Shown: piece by piece, positions 23,971 through 37,090 of the stretch
Layout: every line of letters starts with the position of its first letter
Numbering within the stretch: the stretch's first letter is position 1
Assembly (NCBI GenBank): GCA_002633005.1
Contig: NMRA01000016.1
Span: 1,649,860 to 1,713,859, forward strand
DNA: 64,000 nt
Source of the DNA: Phoronis australis
Lineage: Eukaryota > Animalia > Phoronida
Direction of reading: 5' to 3'
Position numbers and translations under genes: made by a program
The notes under the pieces: generated by a model
What the model saw: only the letters and a program-made list of their open reading frames with translations
The model's database searches: none
Told to the model about the DNA's origin: nothing

Positions 23971-26399
23971 CCAAAGTGGACATTGCAACTGGCGCAAAAG
24001 TGCATCCCAGTTTAACACTTGCTGACTACACGGCTCGACCACGTACGTTGCCCACAAAAAATGAACAAAATTTCGATATATATCGTGGCACAAATTTAGA
24101 TTTTAACTGTAGACTCCCTCTCGTCGCAGTTGGTTTCACCTGGGGATTGCAGTCGACCGTGAAGCCAGCTCAGGATAACCCTGGCTGTTGATCTGGCTGT
24201 CGCGGGCTTTGTCGCTGGTGCTGATCTAAGTCGTTGTAAAAACATGCGTAGTCCCCTGAGTGCGTGTGAGTACAAAGACGAAGAGTCGAAGCGCATTCGA
24301 GGAGTAACTTTTCTAGAATAGGCATTTGGGAACGAAATCGAGCGCTGGAATGCCATTCGAGATGAGTTCAGGAATATTTCCAGTTATCACGCTTGCCCGG
24401 GTATTGCAAGACAGCCGGATAGATTTGCATTTATTTCTCGTCTTTCAAAGTCTCGTTACATTCATGTTGTTTCTTAGCGTACACCTAATAATTATTTTTC
24501 AAACGTTTTCAGTATTTGACTACTTAGCCGACTAAATTCCTGCCTGACTCGCAGAAAATTTAGAACGATAACGGCTTTCAATTGTAAAACAGTCGTTTTC
24601 CTGAATGGACAAATCAGCTTCGAAAAAACTCCTGCTAACTTCGCAAATTGGAGGAGTACATGTGACTATCACCAAAGTACTGTGTTTTTGGTTATTATGA
24701 CTGAACTCTGAAATTACATGACATTGTAAATACAATCACGATGGTCACATAAGCAGTACCTGAAAGTGACATCGTCTAATAAGGTGGTCGAGGGTCATTA
24801 ACGTCGCAATATTTTGGGAAAAAAGCAACAAATATTCAATTAAGAAAATAAAAGTATTTTCAATCAAAACGCATTGAACTACAGTGATGCCTGGGAAATA
24901 GATACAATTCGAGCATTTATGTTCCACATTTTATCCAACCTTCATTATTGCCGATTATATGCCTCTTTGAAGACTGCGTCATAAGTAAGCTCGTCTTTCC
25001 CACACAATTACGTTTAACAAAAGTGTCATTGATTTTTAATTCATGCGGCATGCAACCTGTGCATTAAGGTTTTCTTCAACAAATAAGATCATGGTGGTTG
25101 ATAGCTTTATGCATATTGACAGATTGATCACGAACTCTAAGTGCTATGTCTGTAAAACAAATGCCAATCTCTAAAGATTGTCGTATCGTTTAATGCTACG
25201 CTCCGTGTGATGAACGCAACTCGTTTGAATGAGAGTAATTTGTGCAGGCATACGTTCCATACAATTCCATCAGGAGCGTATTTCCCCGCATATACGCAGA
25301 TACGAGGTGCGTACTTGAAAATCCACTAGTCGATACATTTTGAGACACGAAGAATGGATCTCAATGCTATGAGTAACGACGAATACTAATATCCAAATAA
25401 TTAGAGCGTATTACGTTATTGTGTCCTTGACGCCGATATGTAGAAAATCGTAGCCTACAACAGGATTACGTTCTGTGACCCAAGACGCTCACGAGACACT
25501 CGTGCTACGAGAAAACTTCGATTATGGAACGGAATCCGTGAATGTTCTCGCATAGGCCTAGTTCAACAATATCTAATCGGCGATCAATACATATATGTAT
25601 ATATTTATTGAATAACTAGGCCTCCGACCCTTGTTACAATCAAATCGCCAAATACAATGCAGGTAAGTGTCAAACACAAACAGTAATACGATCTCTTCTT
25701 CGCTTGAATGCGAAATGAACATATTTACATGTTGACCATATATGGTCTTTTACCTCCATAGTCATGAATCTGTTGAATTTTGTAACATTAGGATTGTTGT
25801 AGCTTTATGCAGGTAAATATCATTTTCTAAGGTCGTCGTAGAATGGACATTCGGTAACAAAATAGTATTCTCACTCGACACAGGGCCTAATACAGAGAGG
25901 GCATAATCTTTCTGGTCTGCTAAATTTCAAGTGTCTAATTTTTAGTGCATGCGTACTTGCCATATCAGATCTAACATTAACCTTGTCAATTACTATTAAT
26001 TTATTTTCAAAAAATATGTTTGATTTAAAAATCAAGTTTCCAGATTCGTCGAATTGTTCAAAATTTGTTGCCATTTCTGCAGATCAATATTTTTACATTT
26101 CTGTTGAAAAAGTGATATGAAACTTGTCTTGGAACCTGCGACCTGATTGTACCCTGCTTCTCTAAAACCAAACTGACATAGAAATTTCTTACCATCATTA
26201 ACACAACAAGGTTTATCAACATTTTCCGTCATATTGTACTACCATTCACAGCAATGATATGTACATTTTGACGCATCGTCATAATTCTAGGAAGTCAATA
26301 TGCAATCAAGGAATAACGACCCATCTTACCTCAAGTAGCTGATGCAATTGTTAATGAAGAGTGCATTGAAACCATTGAAATTTTTCCTCATTAAGTTAA

Positions 26400-27731
26400 G
26401 GTTATCTCAAACCTTATTTAGTGGCCTCCATTCTAACTCGTATGTAAGAAACTAAAGCAGGTCAAGTAGTAAAACTATACATTTGTTTCAAGAAAAAAGA
26501 TCAGAAAATGCGAAAATATGTTTTGTATTCATGTACCATTATTATTTTTACGTTATCACCTTTTTAAGTCAAATTTCATTTTAAGAAAGGTACATTCGTA
26601 CTAAAATAATCCTCGGCCGATTTTAATGAAACCTTTTTAAAAGAAAACTTCACCATTTACCTCAAACACGCTGTTACGAATTTTAGATTAGTTTTTTCGT
26701 TTGGATTCTATGACAAATAAACTCGCAAAACGTAAGGTATTTTTGTAAAATACAACAGTACTTTTATTCGTCTTTGTTACATTACGCAAAAACTAGACTG
26801 ATGAATAAATATTAAGTTTGGAAAGTTTAAGCGAAAGCCACTGAGCCGTTTTAAAGAACTTGTGTTCCTAATTTCAAATTAAGTCGATTTGCCGAAGCGG
26901 AGAAAAAGCCGATTAAGTTGGGACGAGTGAAAATCTCAAGGTCTTCGGTTAATTATTTGGTGAAAACTTGTTTTCGGTGAATATAACCTATACATAACTT
27001 AACCATGTTAGCTATTTCAACATTCTGAATTTGCTGTGTGTTTCGCTGAAACGTATTATCCCTAGCCAAGAAGTGTGCTTAACTGTTGACCTACTTAATA
27101 GTAGGTCAACAGTTCATTGTTATACACACCACGCGCCGGGAAGACTGATCCGAAACCAAGTAGGAAATGGATGACATAAATTGAGTCGGTGGTCTAAGCA
27201 CATCATTTGCATGAGATCGAAACAATGAAATGTCGATTTACTTATTGAATTAAGGAATTTGGGTGAGGGTTTTTATCATTTCACAACTTGCTATGTTTGT
27301 GAGCACAGAGGCGTGTGGCGACTCAGAGCATACGTTTTCAACGTATGCATGTAGACGCACAGTTCCCGCAGGATCAAAACAACGTTTTGCCTTTGTTTTC
27401 CCCGGCACTGTTCTATCATAGGTACATCTTGTTGACCCAGTGTTATGGCGACTCGGTAAATGAAAGGTCTGAGGGTACACATGAAGCTACTCTGTGCCTG
27501 GCGGGAGATTCGATTTGAGTGACAGCCCTGTAGCCTTTGACCTCGAATAAGTAGTAAACTAATATCCACGCGGTTATGCGGTTCCAAGGTGGTTCTGCTA
27601 AATCTTTTTTTCTTGCTACACGGCATATATTTTGTATTTGAAGTTCCCCGAGATTGAAGATAAGGAATTTTGCTAGACACGTGAAATATTGTAAAAATGG
27701 CCAATTTTTGTGAATAAGGTTTGACATATCC
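26400..27731 (+). mobile_element. Non-autonomous Kolobok-type element, family K2, copy 1 (1332 bp)
   Basis: TTAA|GGTTATCTCAAACCTTATT ... AATAAGGTTTGACATATCC|TTAA; colinear with 43672-45085. Confidence 0.9.
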
Positions 27732-28329
27732 TTAACTGCCTTAGCAGCCTGCGCAAGACCACGAATATTTCGTTGTAATCATTAATCCTAAATATTTATA
27801 TGCATTTACAATATTAACAGTATTCCCATCATACATGTACGTCCATTTTTAGTACGATTTTAACTTTAACTTTCCATCCTTCCTGAAAACGACTTCGACA
27901 TGTTAAAGAGGCCTGGAACACGATGAACAGGCTAAATTGCAAAACTAAAAGTGGCTCTCTGCCACTGAAATAGAATTCAACCTGCTCATCAGGTATTTTT
28001 AGGATTCGCTCGTAGAAAGTTTTAGTTTCTGTTGATATCAAAGTATTTTCTTTTAGTTTCAAATTTCAAAAAATAAACGATTTGTCAACTGCCCTCTACG
28101 TCGCCGATTTTTCTCCCACAAGGCAAAGCACGTCTCCTTATTTGGTATGGCAAGACAATAGACATCACTAGTCCATGGGCAAGACATACACGTAGCGCAG
28201 TTCCCTTACATGGAAAATGTTACCTTTGATCTCAAGCGACTTCAAGCTACTGACAGTGAGCGTTTATCATAAGTGGGAGGGAGATTAGAAACTCTGTGGT
28301 AACCATAGAGTTTTTCCTTCCATCTTATT

Positions 28330-29460
28330 TAAAAATTTGTGAATTTTGTGATTTTTTTCTGGAAATTTCCTCACAGGGGAAAGTGAATTAATTTTTTTTT
28401 CATCAGGAATTGTTTAAGAGATATCTTTGACGAGCTTTCGCGTTCCATACCTCTTTAACAATCAATTTCCATTTCTGCAGTCCTTTAACACAACGGGAAA
28501 CCAAATCATCAGCATACAGCAGATGCAATAATTCAGTTGATCTCATGGAAATTACTTCACCGCCACCACCATAAATAAAATAAACAAAATGGCGATAGCT
28601 GAAAGCCTTGTGTTAGACCATTCTGATATTCAAAGGACTCCGTGTAGCTCCAACTATTCAACTGTAGAAAGCGACTTTGAGATCCACGAAAGCAAAATAG
28701 GATCCTATCTTTCTCTCGTGGCAGGTATTTAATTATTAACGTACATAAAGCAAACAATAAAGCATGAAATTCAGTGAACTCTGGATTAGTAACAAAATAA
28801 CAGCCTTCAAACATGGAGCTGAAATATCCATTCCTCCGGCTTAATAATCACCGTTGCACATTTCCTCTTAATAGTAAATGTGCGCCAGATTTTTTCTGCC
28901 TTTATTGCCCGCAGCTGATTTTTGTAATGTTTTTCTGTTACACGCTAACCGTTTCACATTTTTAACTTTCCATAATCTCTTATAGCTTGTGCATATGTAG
29001 TTTGACTATTATTTTCTCTCAGTGTTCCAACACTGAATCTAAAATTCCTTAAATTTTGCCTAACGACAGCTCTCTTTCCCCAACATTCAGCGACAAACCA
29101 TTTGGGAAAACTAACTGGATTACAGTCTTTGTTTACTTTGGGTTTCAACATGACGGCTGCACATAATTTAATGGCTTCCGTTAAACTTTCTGCACTTGAA
29201 TCTATGGTCGAGGTTAAATGACTCTGTACGTCAGCGAGCACCATATTCTTGAGAAGTCGTACAAAGTCCTTCGAGATGACGAACACAATGAAAAATAGCA
29301 CTGGATTAATTCATATACTTAATAATATCATCTTCAATAAAATCTGGCCTGACGAGCATTAAAATCGCCTATTATTAAAAGGTGACAAGCTCCTTCAATT
29401 CCGCAGAAAAAACGTCAACTCCCACTCAAGTATTTTCATTGTTTCCAAGTTTTACTTGAA
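28330..29460 (-). pseudogene. Decayed RTE-X-like LINE ORF2 fragment (linker plus RT core)
   Basis: Linker FPKWFVAECW..VRQNLRNFR, then GLTQGFQLSP and LHLLYADDLV (YADD at ~28505-28516). Confidence 0.8.
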
Positions 29461-29893
29461 CTTTTTGGAAATTGATACACAACTGCAACTAAAACAGAAT
29501 ACAAATAATCGGGGAGCTTAATTTTTACCCATAAAACGTCAGCAGTGAGAGAGTTTATTTCTCATCGACCCAAAACAATGGTGGCCCTCCATTGCAAATT
29601 TGTTTTCACTCACGAACCCGTTGTTTCGAGTTTTGCATGCGAAGAGCGCGTGCTCGCTTGCGTGGTGTCGAACTGGGTAAACAAGCCAATGTTTGCAATG
29701 CGTTCTATGGAGACTAGACAATGACATGCAGATTTCTCTTAAAATTGCGAGCGAATGACGAAAACAGTGTTTGATAATGAATCTTTGTCATTAGCGCGTG
29801 AATACTGCGATGTTGTTTGGATACAGAAATGAGCATGCATGCATTATTTATGGAATTAGTTTTTATGCTCCGCATACCTAACTCAAGACCACA

Positions 29894-30249
29894 AAGTCTG
29901 ATCTGCACGCAACATGTAGGCCATATCATGTGACCTGATGAACATAAAGCTGAAAAGTTTTCTGCTCCGAGCGGGACTCGAACCCAGGACCTTCTGCTAG
30001 TCATGCAGAAGCGCTAGCCACCGAGCCATCGGGACCACCAATCAAAAACAAAAAGCCAATCAGACTTAGCGGTGGGAATTCTGCCCATCAACTCGTGATT
30101 GTATATAAATGTGTAGTTCAGGGGCTAGAGGGTCTGCACGGTTAGCAGAAGGTCCTGGGTTGGAGTCCTGGTCGGGGTCAGAAATGTTTTCAAACTTATG
30201 TTCATTAGATCATGTGATGTGGCCAACAGGTGGCGTGCAGACCAGACTT
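29894..30249. mobile_element. Head-to-head inverted pair of tRNA-derived units
   Basis: The left arm (-) has a tRNA-like region at 29964-30035 with A box TGGCTCGGTGG and B box GGTTCGAGTCC. The right arm (+) is tRNA-like at ~30114-30178. The distal non-tRNA parts match at 45/54 nt by hand count. Confidence 0.85.
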
Positions 30250-30370
30250 AAAAATGTTTGTGATCTATGCTTCCAGACCGCTTCCAGATTTACACATTTA
30301 TAAATACTAAGCCCTGTTATGACGATTTCAGCCAATCCCCGTTCTGTCACCTGCTAATGCGTCATTGGCG

Positions 30371-32030
30371 TCAATCTCAATAGTAATATCATTTATTGTA
30401 CATCGTAGGAATTGCCTACATTCACATAAATACATAAATTCAAATGTATATTCAGAGTATTTACATAGAGAGCAGTTGTTCTCTTTTAAGAACCCTCTGA
30501 ATATACAATGCAAGGCGCTGGACACTGTCATGATTTTTCTTCTGGAATAACCTAACAAGAGACCATTTAGCATTCACAAGCTCTGGTAGAAGATTTTTTT
30601 CTAAGGTCTCCAAGAACAGGGCATCAACACATGAAGTGAGGCTCATCTTCAATTTTACCCAGACAGCATATGCTGCATATTCTCTCACTTCTAGGAATAC
30701 CCGTATGTCTCCCTTCCTCTATATTAAGTGAGAGACCTGAACATCGAAACTGCGCAAATATTCTTCTCGAATAAGCGCTCAAACAATTCACATGTTGCTC
30801 GCTAACAAGAACACGTTTACTAAGACTAGAATTTTTATTTATTTGAACTATCTATTTCCAGTTGCCATTCCTGTACTTCACAATCAAGTAACCACTGTTT
30901 GAATACCATAATAAATTCAACACAATTCCCTGGCCAAATAACCCCCTCTCTCCGTAACAGTACCTATACAAAATTTCTTTGACACAGTGTGCCCAGTTAC
31001 AATTACCGTTTTCACCTTGTTCCCTGAGCATACTATAGCACTTCAGTGGGTACCTATCTTCTTCCATACCAAGTAAGTTTGTCCAATAGATAATTGGTTT
31101 ACACATATATTTTGTAATTAAAAATTGTCTCTCACATTCACAGCGAGCGATAGCGTTCGACGTTTTAATGCTCAATCTCAGAACGTTTTTACAAAAATAA
31201 TTATGAACTTTTTCAATAGATTCACACATTCCCATATTTCCGCACCATATGTTAATATGGGCATGATCATGGTGTCAAAGAGTTTGAAATGCACTGTATG
31301 GGAAGTAGAGTTAAATTCTGAGACAGTGGCTTCAATAACGCTCATTGCTTTTCGAGCTTGTCTTACAAGCACACTGCCCTTTTAAGTCTGCAGGAGAATT
31401 TGACTTCTAAATACTTGTAGTACGATTCGGTATCCATATTCTTGTGGCCAAAAATGCCCTTTCAGTCTTTGAAAGTATGCCCCCTCGCTTAAATATCTCC
31501 AAGTTCCAATCTCGACAAAAATTTTCTAGGACATTGAGCTTGACGTAGCCCAGCAACAGTATTCGAAACCAGCACTAAATCAAAACGCGTATACCTCTGC
31601 CAACATTTTCAGACACTGGTGTGCGAACAAAACAACAAAAACAGCCAGGGACTTAAAAAACACATCCTTGCCGCACACCAACTGCACAGTTAAAATCGGG
31701 CGTGGTCTGTGACTGTACCGTAACACACGATGGTACAGAGTCGTACATACTGCGCAAAATGTTAAACACTTTCCCTTCAAACCTTTGGTTAGAAGGGCAT
31801 AAAATAAACGAAAAATATCTACACTATCAAATGCCTTACTGAAACCGAGGAATGCGCGATATGCTTTCCCCTTGCGTTTAGTGACATGTTTCTGGATGAT
31901 ACTCTGGAGGTTAAAAATTTTATCGACTGTAGAGTACTCTGTCCGAAAGCCTGCCTGTTCTTCCGGGATACATTTCGTACTATTCGACCATTCAACTATC
32001 GGAAAATAAAGAATAGTTGTAAACATTTTA
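30371..32030 (-). pseudogene. 5'-truncated, decayed RTE-X-like LINE (RT through 3' end)
   Basis: Motifs EEQAGFR..STVDKIFNL, AFLGFSKAFDSVD, KLFDTMIMPILTYGAEIW, IEKVHNYFCK and FRCSGLSLNIEEGR..ERICSIC..IEDEPHF. AATAAA lies at 30392-30397 (-), followed by a short ATTGA-type tail. Confidence 0.92.
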
Positions 32031-32112
32031 TTAATACTATCTATAACGGCGTCAATCTTGAAAGATAAAAGCAGGAATCAACTAAAAACTTACGCCACAG
32101 ACTGGATAATAT

Positions 32113-33265
32113 CAGCCGATTTCACAAAGGTGGTTTGAAGTTAAACGTGGTTTAAACTGGACTTGGAACAGGTTTAAAGATAATCTGCATTTTATAAAGG
32201 TGGCTTAACTTTTAGACAAGTGGTCTTGTAAAACGTGCTTTAACTCCAGTTTAGACCTGGTCTAAGTCAGTTTTCATTTCACCAACTAGGCCTATGTTCT
32301 TTAGACCTGTATTAAGATCTTAAGCCACGTTTAACTTTAGACTTGGTCAGACCTAGGTTTAATTGTTAAATATGTCAGATTTGCATGATATAGGTGCAAC
32401 GGAATGATGCCGCGGTGTGCAATAACGACGCAGTTTTAGAGCGAAAATGGACTATTTTCAATATTCAGTTTTACGATGACACAAGATCAAACGTAGCAGG
32501 GGCGGATCCAAGATTTTTAAGGGGGGGGGTTCGGTCTAGGACTTTTTAAAGGGGGACTAAGTCAAAAATTTGAAAATTATAAATTTTATATCACTAAAAT
32601 CAAGGGGAAAAGGGGGACCCCTTGACCCCCTTGGATCCGCCTATGTGTAGACCAGTACGTGCTGGATGGTGTCCTGCGGATTCCTCAGAATACGACTGGT
32701 CGAGCAGGGCGTCGTCGTCGTATGCGCTACGGGTTTGACTGAAGAGAGCATCTTCCGATTCTTCTGAATGAGTTCCACCTCCATGGGTCTCCGATTTAAT
32801 GTTGACGGAAAGGGGTCTTGCCCCCCTTTGCACGCGAAAAATAAACACTAAAATGGCACCGAAATAAATTTGTGCATTTATCATGTTGCGGCTGATCGTG
32901 AGGACATACTTTAATGTGTGTACATGTGTTGGGCACAGCCATTACATTTTTCCTCATGAGAAAAGCTTTTAGACCTTTTTCGCAAATGTCTGCACTGATT
33001 CTGCTAGTGTGCATATACCCGGGTTTCATTGAAGCACTTCAATAGTTTCTTTGTTGGGGGTAATCCAGATTGACACAGTAGGTTGGCTTGGGTACTTTAA
33101 ACCTGGTTTTACTTAACCGGCTCCCTGGTGTAACAAAACCAAGCTTTCAGACTTTTAAACCGCATTGGTGAAATGCAAGTTAGGTCTAAATTTGGATCAG
33201 GTTTAGGAAGACCAGCTTTAATTTTGAAACCTAGTTTTGTTAAACCACCTTTATGAAATCGGCTG
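32113..33265. mobile_element. Harbinger-like non-autonomous element (1153 bp), inserted into repeat R1 and containing a nested MITE
   Basis: TIR CAGCCGATTTCACAAAGGTGGTTT / AAACCACCTTTATGAAATCGGCTG, with subterminal GGTTTAA/TTAAACC/GGTCTAA repeats. R1 sequence resumes at 33266. Confidence 0.8.
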
Positions 33266-36200
33266 CACGGTTCTTGAGGGTGGTCTTCTGCACACTTGCG
33301 TTGTAATTCGCCACGCTTGCCCGTTTAGAAGACTTTGAAAGGAGTTTTCAAAATTTCCACCAAACTTTTGAGTGTTGTCGAGGGTTATAGAGCATTATTT
33401 TGTTTCAGGGAATTGGATGGAAATGTCGATTTCAATATCTTTTAGTAGGCCAAAACTGGATTTAGTATCTTTTTATCACATTCGGCTATTTTAAATGTGT
33501 TCCAAGAATTAAGCACAGGTGGTTCTCAGGAAAAAGAACGTTTGCTATAATTCTAAATGTTTTTTGAAATAGCATAATAGCAAACTTTGGGCAATCTAGT
33601 CTATATCCTTTCAAAATATGGGCTCCGGCTGCTCTTACTCTCTAATCCGCCACGTACATGGGAAGCGCACGTGGATTAGTTTTACTTTTTTCAAGTCCAT
33701 AGTTTCGTCCACCATCTTGGATATTTAATTACCGGTAGGAACGCTAGAAACCTGTTCACGTGCCTTCCGCATTTAAGTGGATGGGAGAGTAAGCCATCTT
33801 GAAACTGAAATGTTTGAAAAGGTACCATATTCTTTTTACATTTTTATAACCATGTACGCCCAATTTTGAAGCGCGTCTAAAATACCGATGATGGCAGCAA
33901 TAATGCAGTCACTTGCAAGGTCAGTTAGCCCTCGATAAAGGAAAGAACAAAAATATAATTTATTCTAATTAAGGTGAAATTGTCGGTGAGAAGGGCACCA
34001 GCGCGGATTCGAAATTAGAATCTTCGTGGCCGCAACTAAGCAATCTGCTGGCTGAGTTCAAATCTCACTCAACAAAGGAACTGGTAAAAGTACCAACGTT
34101 CATTTCAGCAAATGTCTGTTAGACAGCAGCGATAATTGGCGATTTGTAATAAAATCTATAAAACACAGCGTATTTTATTGGTTTATACCTCTGGTCAAAA
34201 CAATAGGCGGCTGATCAGCGAAACCGAGACCCCGGAGGGGTAAATGCTAACTTCGCGAATAATCTGAATATTTCTTCAGGCATAAATGTACTATCAACCG
34301 CTGTTTTCGCCATTTAATCGGTTTGTTAAGAGACATCTGCATTTTATTGTCAGGCCCCCATAGAGCACAATGGGAAAATTGACTTGTTGACTAGTTCTTT
34401 ACCATGCTAGGGGTCTACGCTACGCGTGCTCAACTCGAAATTGCTGACTCGTGTACAACTCTGCCATATTATAACTAGAGCAATTTTATGAAATCGCTCA
34501 TGGTCAATTCAAAATTAACACCAGCGTTTGTTGGGGAAGTGCAGAGTCACTGAAGCAGCCGCCNAATTGTTAAATATGTCAGATTTGCATGATATAGGTG
34601 CAACGGAATGATGCCGCGGTGTGCAATAACGACGCAGTTTTAGAGCGAAAATGGACTATTTTCAATATTCAGTTTTACGATGACACAAGATCAAACGTAG
34701 CAGGGGCGGATCCAAGATTTTTAAGGGGGGGGGTTCGGTCTAGGACTTTTTAAAGGGGGACTAAGTCAAAAATTTGAAAATTATAAATTTTATATCACTA
34801 AAATCAAGGGGAAAAGGGGGACCCCTTGACCCCCTTGGATCCGCCTATGTGTAGACCAGTACGTGCTGGATGGTGTCCTGCGGATTCCTCAGAATACGAC
34901 TGGTCGAGCAGGGCGTCGTCGTCGTATGCGCTACGGGTTTGACTGAAGAGAGCATCTTCCGATTCTTCTGAATGAGTTCCACCTTCATGGGTCTCCGATT
35001 TAATGTTGACGGAAAGGGGTCTTGCCCCCCTTTGCACGCGAAAAATAAACACTAAAATGGCACCGAAATAAATTTGTGCATTTATCATGTTGCGGCTGAT
35101 CGTGAGGACATACTTTAATGTGTGTACGTGTGTTGGGCACAGCCATTACATTTTTCCTCATGAGAAAAGCTTTTAGACCTTTTTAGCAAATGTCTGCACT
35201 GATTCTGCTAGTGTGCATGTGTCATTGTATACCCACGTGACCAGGGTTTCATTGAAGCACTTCAATAGTTTCTTTGTTGGGGGTAATCCAGATTGACACA
35301 GTAGGGTGGCTTAGATACTTTAAACCTGGTTTTACTATACCGGCTCCCTGGTGTAACAAAACCAAGCTTTCAGACCTTTAAACCGCATTGGTGAAATGCA
35401 AGTTAGGTCTAAATTTGGATCAGGTTTAGGAAGACCAGCTTTAAGTCTTAAAACTAGTTTTGTTAAATCACGTCCTTTATGAAATCGGCTGCACGGTTCT
35501 TGAGGGTGGTCTTCTCCACACTTGCGTGGTAATTGGCCACGCTTGCCCGTTTAGAAGACTTTGAAAGGAGTTTTCAAAATTTCCACCAAACTTTTGAGTG
35601 TTTTCGAGGGTCATAGAGCATTATTTTGTTTCAGGGAATTGTATGGTTATGTCGATTTCAATATATTTTAATAGGCCAAAACTGGATTTAGTATCTTTTT
35701 AACACATTCGGCTATTTTAAATGCGTTCCAAGAATTAAGCACAGGTGGTTCTCAGGAAAAAGAACGTTTGCCATAATGCTAAATGTTTTGTGAAATAGCA
35801 TAATAGCAATCTTTGGGCAATCTAGTCGATATCCTTTCAAAATATGGGCTCCGGCTGCTCTTACTCTCTAGTCCGCCACGTACATGGGAAGCGCACGTGG
35901 ATTAGTTTTACTTTTCTCTAGTTACGTATTCAAGTCCATAGTTTCGTCCACCATCTTGGATATTTAATTACCGGTAAGAACACTAGAAACCTGTTCACGT
36001 GCCTTTCGCATGTAAGTGGATGGGAGAGTAAGCCATCTTGAAACTGAAATTTTTGAAAAGGTACCATATTCTTTTTACATTTTTATAACCATGTACGCCC
36101 AATTTTGAAGCGCGTCAAAAATACCGATGATGGCCGCAATAATGCAGTCACTTGCAAGGTCAGTTTGCCCTCGATAAAGGAAAGAACAGAAATATAATTT

Positions 36201-36815
36201 ATTCTAATTAAGGTATAATTGTCGGTGAGAAGGGCACCAGCACGGATTCGAAATTAGAATCTTCGCGGCCGCAACTAAACAATCTGCTGGCTGAGTTCAA
36301 ATCTCACTCAACAAAGGAACTGGTAAAAGTACCAACGTTCATTTCAGCAAATGTCTGTTAGACAGCGGCGATAATTAGCGATTTGTAATAAAATCACTAA
36401 AACACAACGGATTTTATTGGTTTATATCTCTGGTCAAAATTGTTAACTTCAGTAGGCGGCTGATCAGCGAAACCGAGACCCCGGAGGGATAAATGCTAAC
36501 ATCGTGAATAATCTGAATATATAGCTTCAGGCATAAATTTACTATCAACCGCTGTTTTCGCTATTTAATCGGTTTGTTAAGAGACATCTGCATTTTATTG
36601 TCAGGCCCCCATAGAGCACAATGGGAAAATTGACTTGTTGACTAGTTCTTTACCACGCTAGGGGGTCTACGCTACGCACGCTCAACTCGAAATTGCTGAC
36701 TCGTGTACAACTCTGCCATATTATAACTAGAGCAATTTTATGAAATCGCTCATGGTCAAATCAAAATTAACACCAGCGTTTGTTGGGGAAGTGCAGAGTC
36801 ACTGAAGCAGCCGCC
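32361..36815. repeat. Tandem duplication (32361-34563 and 34565-36815) joined by a single N; probable uncollapsed haplotypes
   Basis: Both units start AATTGTTAAATATGTCAG and end GAAGCAGCCGCC. They are near-identical with scattered SNPs and small indels, and the N is at 34564. Confidence 0.95.
32497..32645. mobile_element. CAGGGGCGGATCC-type MITE (hAT-like); repeated in the duplicated block at ~34701-34849
   Basis: TIR CAGGGGCGGATCCA / TGGATCCGCCTATG with flanks CGTAG/TGTAG; close relative at 62831-62988. Confidence 0.85.
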
Positions 36816-37090
36816 GACTTGTGTGACGCAGTTGGAAATCCACGAGGAAATGCTGGAATTGTCAAACCCAAAATTGAAAAGTTAAAAAATAAATGGTTTG
36901 TTGAAGACTACAGATGCCAGAAATTTTCCGAGGGATACTGATGATGTTTCTTTACACATTGATAAGTATTAATATAAGTATTTCAAATTGAAGTATTTAT
37001 TTTGAAAATTGCCCAAATGCGTTCCAACTGGAAAAACAAAACTCGCGATTTACCCATCAAAGTGAGTCCACTTATAGGGATAGGTTATCA

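Noticed and set aside
29935-29965. CTGATGA...GAAA hammerhead-like core antisense to the twin tRNA arm
   Set aside because: Stem II and stem I do not pair, and the other arm has CTAATGA.
29964-30035. Functional tRNA gene (GAC anticodon)
   Set aside because: There are mismatches in the acceptor, D and T stems and an atypical anticodon loop. It is part of a repeat whose partner has a different loop.
32600-35088. Two nearly identical 94-aa ORFs suggesting a duplicated gene
   Set aside because: They lie inside a transposon within the probable assembly duplication, run into a MITE, and show no recognisable domain.
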